From Pelomyxa schiedti (taxonomy: Eukaryota; Protista; Evosea): a stretch of DNA of 44,080 nt. The stretch covers positions 1 to 44,080 of the forward strand of contig JAHLWZ010000930.1 in assembly GCA_020536535.1 (NCBI GenBank). The letters are read 5' to 3'. The position numbers and the translations under genes were made by a program. Each line of letters opens with the position of its first letter. The stretch's first letter is position 1. Shown here in pieces: positions 1 to 11,943 of this stretch. The notes under the pieces were generated by a model. It was not told the origin of the DNA and searched no databases. It was given only the letters and a program-made list of their open reading frames with translations.

Positions 1-302
1 AACTGTGGTGGTGTGGGTGACAAGTGAATTTGAGCTGTATGCCACTGTCGGCCCGCTGGAACAAAAACAAGCCATAACCAAGGTATCACAACTCCAACAA
101 TCGAACTAAACTAAAACCCAACAGCTGTGTACCAAACTTGCCAGCTGGATAGAGGCAGAAGAGCCAACCCTTTTAATTTTGGAAGCCCCCTTGTGGTGAG
201 AGCTCTTTTGTTGTGCTAGTCATAAAAGGAAAAAAAACCCACCGCAGTTCCGGTTTAGTTTTTTTTTTGTGTTTTTTTTGTTTTTGTTTTTGTTTTTTGT
301 AA

Positions 303-1439
303 TTAATACTTCCCGCGAATAGAAAAAATTAGATTGAGATTGTGAGAGGCAGGGTGTTTTGGGGGATGACATTGTGATAGTGTATGGTCGAATTTCGTTG
401 GGATTCTTCTCATTCTTGTCAGGGCACAACAACAGAGTATGTGTTGTGTTATTTCAGACATCTGTTCCCCCGGGCCTCCTGTCTGGCCGTTATCCGATAT
501 ACTATGACTTGATTGCCCATCAAGAGCCACAACTTGGTTGAAAACAGGAAAATTAAAAAAGAAAACAAGTTGGAATGTGTGAGACGCGTTGCAGAGGGCG
601 CAGTTAGTCATTCGCGTATTGTGGGAGAGGGGACCTATTTTCGAAGACATTCATCAAGGAATCAACGGCCAAGAAGGCGTGCTGAGCCCTCCCATAATGA
701 AGCGCTCGTGAGGGTGATGAGCTCACTACTCCAGCGGGCACACTTCATTGTGGACTTGGTTGTTTCCAAATAGACAACAGGTTTTTCCTCCCAGAGCCTC
801 GACCAGCAGCAACTTGCCATAAACCCAACAGAAACAAAGGAACCAAGTAAAAAAAAAGTGTTGCTCTTCCATTTCCCTAAAGCTCTGAGAGTCACTATGG
901 GGGTGAGACTCACTTGGCCCCCCAGTTGTTCTCATTATCCTACGTGTGGTATCTGCTGCATTGTTCCTTTGACCCTTGCGGGCTGTGTTTTCCCAGTGTT
1001 TTAAACTTCCTCAAGCTGCAGTGCCCTTGTTCCCTCTGTGGCAATCAGCAAACAAATCGGCTGTTACTCCAGCGGATATAACTCAGAAGGGCACACCACT
1101 CCCTCCTCACCGTCACAATTTTGGAGGGCCAATGCTTTTCGGTTTACTCTTTCGTTCCAACTTAGTTTTTGGAAGGAAACTTAAGTAAGAAACGAACAGC
1201 CTGTTTGGTCAAACTACACTAACAAAGACATTTTTGAATTTCACTGGGGTGTCACCTTGGCTGTGGTCCAACCACATCACTGTGACTACTGTTACAGAGG
1301 AAATGTGACAGATGACTCCCAACATAGAATGCCTGGGGAACACCATTAGTTAGTATTGGGAGCAATGAGGAACAGACCAAATAGTAGATACCAAGTCTCT
1401 GGTGCACCAATCATCAGTCTGATGTTTTTGGTGGGGCAT
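303..1439 (-). CDS. Possible spliced gene of unknown function (or degenerate coding sequence)
   Basis: ATG at 1439 (MPHQKHQTDDWCTRDL) followed by a GT..AG intron-like segment and minus-strand ORF fragments 662-913 and 303-650. No recognisable motif, and the exon chain was not fully resolved. Confidence 0.25.
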
Positions 1440-1625
1440 CTGGACCCTGCTGTTGTTTGGGTTTTTGTTTTTGTGTTTGGTTAGTGGGTTTTTGGAATAA
1501 AGAGTTATACTGGTGGTGATTCACTGAGAGGGAAGGGTAATATGCACAAAGCCGATAGCTCCGCACTTGACGTTTGGGTTGAGTTTATGGGTGTTTGTGG
1601 TTCTGGCACTGGGACTGGTAGTACA

Positions 1626-4457
1626 TCACCCTGATGATGTGTGGTGAGTTGTTGTATGCAGCATATGCAGGAGAACCTCTTTTGTTCCTTGGTCAGATAC
1701 AGTCGGGGGGGACACTGCAGCACAGAGAACAGACATATTTGGGTTGTTTGGAACATTTCCGACTGTGGTCGTACTTGGAGCTATTACAGCAACAAGGGGG
1801 GTCACAGGTATTTTTGTTGGCTGCGAGGCAACCATGTTTGGTTTACGAGTGAGAAATGGTCCTGAATGTGGAGCTTGTTGGGACCGCGCTATTGCTCTTA
1901 GTGTGCCAAGTTTGGAATTGGATATGTCGTATTCACCAGTTGCCTACTAACAATGAATGCCAGCAGGAGGTTACTCCCCACTGATACCTCAATAAGTACA
2001 TCCGGCTTTACAGAAGCGGGAAAATTTTGGAGTGTTGTCATGAGAGAATTCGCATCGCAATAGCTAAGCAACTCATCCTCACATAACCGCAAAAGACCAA
2101 GTACTACTCTGAAGAGTACTTTATCTCCCTGTTGTTGAGAAAGTAAAGTGTCAAAAATATCAAATCAAGAGACCACATACGTCATAAAAAAAGGAATCCA
2201 CAATTCGGAGGGCCGTCTAGTCAAAGACTTAGTACCACAGAGGGAGGGAAAGCACACACCTCCAAAGGAAATACACCAATAAATAAGGTTAAGAACCAAC
2301 GTGCAGCAAAAACATCGATGATTATACCATAACTGGCAAGGTGTTCCTACAGTATATTATAACAAGATACAAGTAATAAACTTCAAACCAAAAGTTTTGA
2401 GAAGTGTTGCTGCGCAAATTGGTTAAGCACAACCATGTCTATCATAACACCAGCAAGGTTATCTCTATTTCAGGTTACAGAGAAAACACAAAAATGGAAC
2501 ACACGTGAAATAGTCACCTGGAAGTAGGTTTTCGATCAGAGTAATGAGCAACCTGATTCGTCATAAATAAAACTCAAACAGGAAAAATGGAAACCAGAAA
2601 GCATCCTCTTCTTCCATGTGGAGCAAAAACATGGCTGTAATGAAATTCATGGCCTTTCATTTCATCTTAGAAAGATTGTATTTGACTGATATACACACCT
2701 GGCAATATCCAACATGGGAATTAAACCAACTGTATGTAGTAAGGACGCGGAGGAGGCTCTGTCGTCCCTCAGTCGTTTGAAAAGCATTACTACCAATATG
2801 GGTTCTTGTAACATCCTGTGATGAGGTTGACACATCGGAAAGGGAAAAAGTGGATAAAACAGAGCTCACTTTTTCTATCTGCTCTATGGCGTGTGATTTT
2901 TTCCCTTCATACCGGGAAAGTAACACTTGATAGTAGCCTGTGTTTTTCTCTTTTCTCACTGCCGCACTTGTCATATTCATCCATACCTTAATCTTTTGAA
3001 TCGAAGATGTTAATAGTGTGTCTATACTTTTGCCCGTTTCTCAGATGGTATTCCAAATTTATAAATAATATTTCTCATATTTCTCGATTTTTCAAAAACA
3101 GGTGAGTCTCCTAATCCAAGTCATCCACAATTTGCATTGAAAAGAGAAACCATGCAATCTAGAACAGAACTGATCCCAAAATTGGGTTGGTGACTGGTTG
3201 CCAAACCATCCCTGAAACTTAGGGGAATAAAACACGAAGTAATAGAGTGGTATCGTACTCTATTTTTGGGGATTGGAACAACGGGAACAGCAGGAGGTGA
3301 CGTGAGCTCATCAAGAGTATCAGTAGAACGCCACTGGGGAGGAATCCTGTGTTCTAAGTTATTTGCAATTAAGAATGAAAATGATGGAGTTTACGCTGCA
3401 TCTTGTGGTTTCTGTGACGTAGGAATTGCCTGGGAGGTACGAGATGGAGCAGTGGCGAAGAGTGAATTAGTGGAAGGCATGGGTGCTGTGGAAAACAGTG
3501 CTGCGTTACTGTTTGGCGACCTCCTTGTAATTGTTATGCCTAACCCATCCAACACAGATGTACTGCCCATTGTTACCATTCTTCTGTTTAGAGACACAGA
3601 CTCAAAAGTAGAGCCTCCAGCATGCCGGGGTAAGAGAGTGTTCGTTTCTTTCCTTGGGGCAGATGATGAATTCGCAGCTTCTCGAGGACTGACTGGTGTT
3701 GATGTTGGTGTATTTGATGGTGAAGAGTTTGGGGATGGTATTTTTGCCAGATTGCTCAGCAAAGTTGGTTTTTGTGTAGAATTAATTACATCTGGGGTTG
3801 TTTTGGTTGATAGCAAATAGTTCGAAGTGGATGGCTCCACGCTAGGAGGAGTAGTAGGTCGAGTAACATTACAGGTCATAGGAGTCATTGGGACAGTGGT
3901 AGACAGGGAAACAGGAGTGATATCAACAGCGTATTGATATTCATGAAAGTATTTCCACTTTTGCCACTCTTGTAGCAATTCTTGGGACGAATTTCTGAGT
4001 ATTGGGGAGTCTTCTTTACTGTAAAGGCAGGTTAAAAAAGCAAAACAAAACAAAAAAAAGTCATAATGAACAACTTCAAGTCTGTCCAAGAAGCGAGAAG
4101 CTTCAGCGAACGAGCCATCCTCTCCGCATTTGACAAAGTAGAAGGAGTCTCCAGCGGTTGCTTGTTCCCCGACGCAATCGTGGCATTTCCTCCTCCACTC
4201 CCGCCTCGCGACGTAACACTCACGGACGACGACGCAGAAGGCGACGATGACGAGGACGCGGGGGTCGGCGACGGAGAACGAGGGGAAAGGGACGTGAAGC
4301 GCGACGTAATGCTGTTACTGCCACGCATTATGCTATCAGATCTAGATCTACGGCGCAGTAACAACGCAGGCGACGATCTACGGCCGACCACACGGTGTTT
4401 TGCTTTTCGTTTCCGGAAAAGTGGAGATTGAACGGAAAACGATGAAGCCCAGCCCAT
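1626..4457 (-). CDS. TBC-domain Rab GTPase-activating protein with S/T/P-rich N-terminal region (multi-exon)
   Basis: Spliced motifs QIEK|DVTRT (IxxDxxR arginine finger), GRQSLLRVLTTYSWFNSHVGYCQ|AMNFITAMFLLHMEEEDAFW (YxQ glutamine finger), LRIVDSFFYD and GDKVLFRVVLGLLRLCEDELL. Both ends are approximate. Confidence 0.85.
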
Positions 4458-4757
4458 CCGTGTGAAAATTATCAGACATCAAACTGGAACTGAAACTGAA
4501 ACTACCCAAAGGCATCGGAAATGGAATTGGAACCCCTGCACTAAACAAACCAAGGAACCGCGCTTGTCTTGGTTTCTCAAGAGTTGCAAATCTATTAATA
4601 TAAAAATCCTTCAAAATCTGATGCGTTTTTTTTATCCGCACGGAATTGAAAGGGAAAAATAATCCGCACAAAGCGGGGAAAAAAAAAACAACAAATTAAA
4701 AAAAAAAACCCCCAACAACAGACAACAGATCTCCCCCTTCACCCTGCGCGTGTGTCT

Positions 4758-7303
4758 ATGTTCACCAGCAACCGTTTCAAGTCTGCCCCCAAGAAGCCAC
4801 AAAAGCCTGCCTCATTCGGCAAGCGTGAGGCTGAGGACGAGGACGAGGACGACCCCGAGACCGCGGCCGCCGCCCAGCGGTTGGGTTTGACCAAGGTTCC
4901 CCTTGGAAAGCCCAAACGACCCACTGGAATGAGGAAACCGGCCAGGCGCGCTAGGAGATGTCCTCCCAACTTCAAGGGTGCCATATACAAAGTCCTAAAG
5001 CAGGTTGGTTGCGTTGCATTGAATTTATTTGCGGTAATTATTGGGGTGGCGTTAATGCCCGGCGCACGTGTCACACTCGGGCTATTATAATGGATCAAGG
5101 GACATAACTGTATTTAATTTTAAAAAATGTAGTTGGGTGCAGGACGTAAAGAGGGTGTTGTTGGCGGTTAACTAAATGTGCGCAGGTGCACCCTGACACT
5201 GGAATCTCTGTTCAAGCTATGGCTGAGGTCAACGACGCTTGCATAGACACGTTACACAAGTTGTGTGACGAGGCTCTCACTCTCATGTCTACTACAAAGA
5301 GGATGACTATTACTTCTCGTGAGGTAATGCAATAGTTACATTTGGTCTTTCATTTTCCAATCTTCTATTAGATTCAGACTGCTGTTCGCCTTGCTTTTCC
5401 CGGTGAACTTGCTAAGCACGCTGTCTCTGAAGGCACAAAGGTCGTTTTTTTTTTCCCCTCATGTCCATCACTTTACACCATAAAAAGGCTGTAACAAAAT
5501 ACAACATGTCCTCAGAAGATGGTGGGAAAAGGAAGGTGAGGGCTACTAAGTCCCTGAAGGCTGGTCTTCAATTCCCTGTCTCAAAAGTTGCCAACATGAT
5601 GAAGGAACACACATTGATGCGTCTTGGAGCTGGTATGAGGACTCCTTAAATCAATCTAATACTATTAGGGGCTCCTATTTATTTGTCTGCTGTTCTTGAG
5701 TACCTTGCTGCTGAAGTACTGGAACTGGCTGGAAATGCTGCCAGGGACAACATGCATAAGCGGATTATACCAAGGCATTTACTCCTTGCAATCCGAAATG
5801 ACGACGAGTTGAACAAGGTCTGTTCCATTTCTTTACATAACTGAAATTATGTTGACCTTCCCCAGTTCTGGAAACACTGCACTTTTGCATCTGGTGGAAC
5901 GTTACCAAATATTCATTGTGCGTTACTTCCAAAGAAGTCGGCAGTGTCCGAGGATTCCGAGAAGCCTAGTTTCGGTGGTTGCTCAACCGCGTCTACTGGA
6001 TTTACCAGTGCATTTACAACTTCATCCTCCCCGTTTGGTGGTGCTCCGGCCTCCTCCCCTTTTGGTGCTCCAGCACCCTCCCCTTTTGGAAGTGCTCCTG
6101 CATCTTCTCCGTTTGGAAGCGCTCCTGCGTTTGGAAGTGCTCCTACATCCTCTCTGTTTGGAAATACTTCAACTTCACCATTCGGTGTGTCACCAGCACC
6201 CTTGTATGGACCCACTGGTGGCTTATTTTGTGCCTCATCAGGGGGATCTGCCTTCGGTGCCACCCCAACAACATCCCTGTTTGGAACCGGAACATCCTCG
6301 GCGTTTGGTTCACCAGCGCAACAGTCTTTTGGCTTCGGCTCGCCTCTTAGCACCCCATCCGATGCTGAAAGGTTCCTTGGTTCTTCTTTTAGGAACTGAC
6401 TGATTTTTTACAGCAAGAAACTCTTCATCAAGACTTTGACGGGGAAAACAATTACCTTGGATTTCAATTCCGAAATTACTGTTGGTGAGGTGAAAGTGCA
6501 GGTGGAGATGAAGGAAGGTGTACCACCTGAACAGCAGAGGCTAATTTGGGCAGGAAAGCAACTCGAGAATGAGAAAACGCTTGCTGAGTACAACGTCACA
6601 GCCGATTCGACTCTTCATTTGGTTCTAAGGTGCTCTACATGTGTTCATCTACCAATAATTTACCTCACCTTAGCCTCCGCCAGCCAATCGCCTCCCCAAA
6701 GAAAAGTACGAGAAAAGTTGAGAAAAAGACACTTGAGGTGAAGCCTGCAATGCCATCTGTGACTCTCCAGACTGAGATTGCTCCCACTCCTCAAGTCGCT
6801 TCCAACCTCATGATGAAAGCCAGGTCCCCTCCCCCTTTTATTACACACCCGTTTCTCATTTTCCTTAGCCAACCAGGGGGCAAGTTGTTCATCAAGACAC
6901 TTACAGGGAAATCTCTCACCCTTGATTATGATAGAGCACTTACAATCCAGCAAATAAAGCAACACATTCAGCAAAGTGAAGGAGTGGACCCTCTCCAACA
7001 AATGCTTGTTTATGCGGGACGTAGGCTGGAAGATACCACAAAGACCCTTGGTGATCTGAAAATAGATAAGAATTCCTCCTTGCACCTTGTTTTGGCGTAT
7101 GTATCTGCTCAGCACACTGCAGTACTCACTCCCCTTGCAGGTTGAAGAAGAAAGCCCTGTTTGCACCAAAGAAAATCATGCCCAAGCTCATCCCTAAGGG
7201 TATTCCCAAGCCCTCAAAGAAGGACAAGGATGATGAAGATGGAAGTGAGGATGAGGACGAAGAAAAGGAAGAAACTGAGGGCTCTGAGGAGGATGATGAG
7301 TGA
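4758..7303 (+). CDS. Histone H2B-H2A doublet fused to FG-repeat linker, two ubiquitin-like domains and an acidic tail (10 exons, 669 aa by manual splicing)
   Basis: Exons 4758-5003, 5186-5323, 5372-5440, 5488-5632, 5669-5817, 5866-6371, 6414-6629, 6674-6823, 6869-7096, 7141-7303, all GT-AG and phase-compatible (2010 nt). H2B: [15 protein letters not shown]...[35 protein letters not shown]2A: KAGLQFPV...[29 protein letters not shown]...[19 protein letters not shown]...[18 protein letters not shown]1: [13 protein letters not shown]...[18 protein letters not shown]...STLHLVL. UBL2: [13 protein letters not shown]...SSLHLVL. Confidence 0.88.
5968..6340 (+). repeat. FG-repeat low-complexity coding segment (SPFG/SAFG/SLFG)
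   Basis: 13 FG dipeptides separated by S/T/A/P/G spacers, in the same exon (5866-6371) as the H2A C-terminus. Confidence 0.9.
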
Positions 7304-7403
7304 AAGTGGCGAACTCACACCCTCACAATGTAACCCCATCAAGAAAAATTAAAGGGAACAAAGTTGTTTTTTATTTCCACTTCATTCCAACTTGTTTTTT
7401 CTT

Positions 7404-10400
7404 CTAAGTGTTGGTGGGCATCCTTCTTATTTGTAGGTCCTTTATGAGCCCCGCACCCATAATGTGTATGTTTTGAATAATCTCGGTGGCATTGAGAACC
7501 ACTTTTCCCTTGTGCGGGCCTTTCTGTAGAAGAGGTAAGCATGGGAAGGTTGTGGGAGGGTGTACCAATATGGGTTTCATCCCATGGGCACATGAGGGGT
7601 CAAGTGGTTGTGGTGCAAAGGCTGTTGGCCTCCACACCCCGGTGATGACGTCGGTGGTGCCTTCTTCATTGTAGAACCAAATAGCTTGTTTGTGATAGTA
7701 ACTCTGTACGAATTAGCAGTGCCGATAGAAAGAGTTTTCGCCATACACGTAATTCTTTTACAAAGGATAAAGCCGGATTGAAATCCACCAGATATTTGCG
7801 CCATACTCTGTATGATTGTTGGAATTTTTCTTTATTCCGGTAGAGAGATATCACACTAACAGATAGTGAACAATAGGTAAAAAAAAAAAAAGGTCAAATA
7901 CATGTCATAGTCTTCTAATGGGGTGACAAACAGGTTCTACAAAGTAATGAAAATTAATTCTTACAATGGATGTTGTTCATACTTTCCAAACGATGCTTTC
8001 TTCCTGCACAAGTAGACGATGAAAGATTGGAATAGAGACCTTGGCAAATTGAATAATTCGTTTGAAAATCTTCATAATTGAATGTTAATGGTACAAGGTG
8101 AGATTGTTTCCACAAACCACTGGCTCCAGAGTTCTTGTCCAGAAGCTGGTCCAAACTTGCCCAAACTTGGGATAAGTAGCGAAAATAGCAAGTGCGGGGG
8201 CGACTTTGGAGTTATCAGCAAACTTTTTCCACCCTTTAGTTCGATTTAAATTAGGAACTTTCCATTTTACCAGTAGTCTGGATGTGGCATGTGCAGAAAG
8301 GGTGTTCTGGAAATCAACAACCACCGAATGGGGGAGTTTGGAGGTGTCAATAGAGCCTAACAAGTGAAGGAATCTAGTTTGGTTGGTAAAAATTGATATC
8401 ACCAAGTAGTCCTGTTTTGTTTGAAACCTGAGGAAACCAAGTACATGTGAATGTGGAGCGCCAAGAGCTCCAGGTTGAAGGTAGCATGATGCGACAAGAA
8501 GTTCAACTGCTTCTTCTTGTAGGTGTGTGGAAAACATATGAGAGTTTACCCAGTGTTTAGAAAGCCTATATATATTTCATTGGTACAGTTAAGGGACAAG
8601 TTCTCAACCTAGTGGCGTAGCTGTAACTTTTGAACTTGTCTGCAATAGCATTAATGCATTCAACGTGAATGGGCAAAGCTGCAAGCCGTTTGAGTGCATT
8701 ATGCTCAGAAGCAAAGTCAAAACACTCCTTCCCTGCTTCTTTTTAGGCTTCATCTCCACATTCACAACATACTTTGCTTTTTCATTACAAAGTGTTCTTT
8801 GGGTAAATGCATTTCCAGTGAAAAAACGAAATGACGATAGTCAATAAGTAGTCTTCCTTCCTGGGCAATAGAATACGGTTGCAACCTTCCCGTCAAGTTA
8901 ACAACCACTCGTTGCCAACCCCTGGGAAAGAAAAAAAGATGTCGAACCTCTGTGCAATTTCGAGATAGAAGGCAGTTTTCAGGGTCCTGAGGGGTTTTAT
9001 ATCATCTGGCCATCTGTCACTGGGTTCAAGCTAACCAGTAGTTGGTGCAATTTAAAAGATATCCAGAAACAACCTGAAAAACAAGTCTTATTGGAGTGAT
9101 AGGGTTCCCTCGGCGGTGTTGTGTAACAGGTTGAACTTGCGTTTGAGAAAAAACTGAAGGGTAACTTGAGATTGCCAAGAAAGTAAACTAGACATTACTT
9201 GGATCAGCAGGGGATAAAGACAAAAGTGCTAGTGGTAACTTTGGAATACGTTTGATTGCTGATGTCAACCGTAATAAAGCGTCAGCTACTTCCAGGTGAT
9301 TGTCAGCTAGAAACAGGTGAAAAAAGAAAAGCAAACAAGAGGGGTACGTGGCACAATAGAGTCCATGAGGGAAATAGTGCAAAAAATATCACTCTCCTTT
9401 ATTCCGTGGTGTTTAGAAAGAACATATTTGCAGATCTACAGTTGGTTAATTAATTCCTCAAGAAAGGGAGGAACCTCTGGAATGATGAGGTGACGTTGTG
9501 GAAAGTCCCAAACTAGAAGAGAATGAGAAAGATCAAAACTTTAGGAATGATTTTTGGAAAAATTGCAAGAACAAACCGGCTGCATAACAAACAGTAGAAT
9601 CTTTGAACCTCCGTAGGGTAGACGCAGAACCCCAGAAGGCATTGAATTTCTCTACCTGTTACTAGATATGTATTTCGAAGGAAAATGTAAGAAACTAACT
9701 TGATGGTTGGAACTGTCCCTTGGTCCCATGTCTACAAGCCGATCGAATGTGGCATCATTATAAATCATGCCAAAAACCAACTTGTTGTTAGTTGAAGACT
9801 GAGTAATGGGCAAGAGCAGCGACAGTCTGTCTGTAAGAGCTTCCTTCAAAGTGGGTAGGATTTCCTGCATTTTCCCAGGCATGTCTATGCCTTTGATTCT
9901 ATTGGGATCGTTAGATGACATTCTACGTGAAAGGAAGCCTACATGAGTATATTGTCAAATTTCGTTAGAGGTTCAAAGTCCACTTTGAACAGATTAAAAA
10001 AGGTATATGCTGTTGGAGACTTCACTAGGTCCAATGACCTCGTTGCATAGAGTTGCAGCTTTTTTTTTTTAGGGAGTTAGATGGAGCACCAAAAAACACA
10101 AAGTGTTTTACCTCTTGGATAACTTCTAGAGGGACATTTCGGGTAAGATTAAACATTCCTGTGGAATCGACAAATACTGCGGGTGCCACTTGTTTGAATA
10201 CCTGCAGGAAATTATAAAATGAGAGGAAAAGCCATTTTACCTCAATCTTCGATAAGACTGAAGTATTTTGTGAAAGGGAAATGCCTTTTGCTAAGTCACC
10301 TGATTCTTTATTGAATTAGCAAGAGCTATTTTAGCAGATATGATACCAAAAATTTCCAGGACCTTATAGAAAATGGTGTGGGCAGGTGTAAGGGTTCCTA

Positions 10401-11646
10401 CATCTTCACGGCGGGTGACGTACATAACGAGCATGTTGATCACTAACCCCGAGATTGAACCATAGAGCCTGCGCCGGGAGAGCCAAACCTATGTTGATTA
10501 GTTAACATATGTGGAAGGAACCCAAGGAAAGACAAACTTTGAGCATCATTACGACGGGCTTAGCATTTTTATAGGATGACATCAACTCATTGAAGAGAGT
10601 TGTTTGGACAATGACACTCATGTCTTCAATCATAGGAACGAGAGAGAAATCTTTAGGAAAAAAGACTAAGAGATGGCAATAGTTTAAAAGTATCTCGACC
10701 TGTAGAATTGGGATGGTCAAAAGTTAGTGGGAGAACTGAAGAACTGAGGCAAGGTATCAAATTAAAACTGCATGAATGCATTCCTACAGCAATGGTTAAT
10801 TTCTATTAGATGAAATTTCCCGTACCGTCAGAAACATAGAAATTAAGATAGACAGACCATTTGCCAGTGTCGTTGTGAAATGCAAAAACTTTCACATCCC
10901 TTGTGTTAGGGATTTTGGAGCATGATGTGGCAAGGAACTCTGCGTATTTCCGCCGGATTTCGGTATAATTTGGGAACTCCTCTGGAGGGAAATATACCTT
11001 GTTTTGTGAAAAAAAAGCAAGTTAGGTTTTTTAAAACAATTTTTAAGTGTAGCAATGCCAAGGAGAATAACACAACTGATGGCATTTCCACTGCTATATC
11101 AACAGTAGAAAAAGCCTTAATCATGGTGCCCGAAGAAAAGCTTCCAATAATTTGAAGTTTACTAGGAGGAAGAAAAGAACTCTTTGGCAGGTTATAGGCT
11201 TGATATTGACTTGGAGGGTGTACATTTTGAATGGATTTGAGACGCTTCATAAGCATTGGAGCTACAATACCCGGATCGCTTAGACTAGGGTGAACAGAGA
11301 TACCCTTAATCATGGCCATCACCTGCATCAAATTAAGGTGACCCTCAAAACCCCTCCTTTGATGCAAGTTACCTCAAGTTGGAAAAAACGACCTGGATCA
11401 TCAACCTCAACAGACGGTGTATTCAGAACAGTATCAATAAGTTTAGTTTTTGAAGCTTTTATTTGTGAAAATTAAAATTTAAAAAAAAAAAAAAAACAAA
11501 CCACATACTCTCAGGTTTGTATTTCTTTGATGAAGGTGGCTTCCCTTTATGTTGTGGTCCCTTCTTCTGCTACAGTCAACGTGGTAAAACAAAAAAAACA
11601 AACCAACCATACCGGTGGTCGCTTTCTCGACACCTGAGATCCGCAT
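7404..11646 (-). CDS. NOL6: Nucleolar protein 6 / Utp22 (Nrap family, SSU processome)
   Basis: Nrap-family motifs across many exons: LQIIGSFSSGTMIKAFSTVDIAVEMPS, MMLKVWL, FVDSTGMFNL, FWGSASTLRRFKDS, LEPSDRWPDD, and C-terminal EIIQNIHIMGAGLIKDL. Start (MRISGVEK) is inferred. Confidence 0.85.
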
Positions 11647-11943
11647 TAAAAACACAAACAAAGGGCACAACGCAACGATTTGGGGAGCGCGACCTCTGCC
11701 TTGCCTCTCGCCGACATCTTATCAGATCGACCGGGCAATTAATGTCGCGCGTGCAACTGCAAATGAGCAAAAAAAGGAATGTAAAAACCTGCAAACCAAC
11801 GAATGAACATCAACAACTAAACGCGAAACCAAACATCAACTTGTGTGAGAACAAAGCCGAGAGAGACACAACCCAAACAACAACAAACACAAAAAAAAAG
11901 AAAAAAACAAACCCCACAAAGACAAAGACCTCGTGTTGTTGGG

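Noticed and set aside
3266-4431. Plus-strand ORFs 3266-3820 and 4066-4431 (also 5913-6353 - and 24697-25098 -)
   Set aside because: Antisense shadows of S/T/P-rich exons on the opposite strand; no motifs.
4758-5940. Endogenous giant-virus insertion as the source of the histone doublet
   Set aside because: The gene has nine spliceosomal introns, near-canonical eukaryotic histone motifs and no viral neighbours. Ancient origin still needs a phylogeny.
5944-6399. Independent FG nucleoporin gene
   Set aside because: It has no ATG of its own (the ORF starts at GTG) and is in the same exon and frame as the H2A C-terminus.
6436-7145. Polyubiquitin or ubiquitin-ribosomal protein gene
   Set aside because: The units are divergent, lack LRGG, are separated by a ~50-aa linker and have no ATG start of their own.
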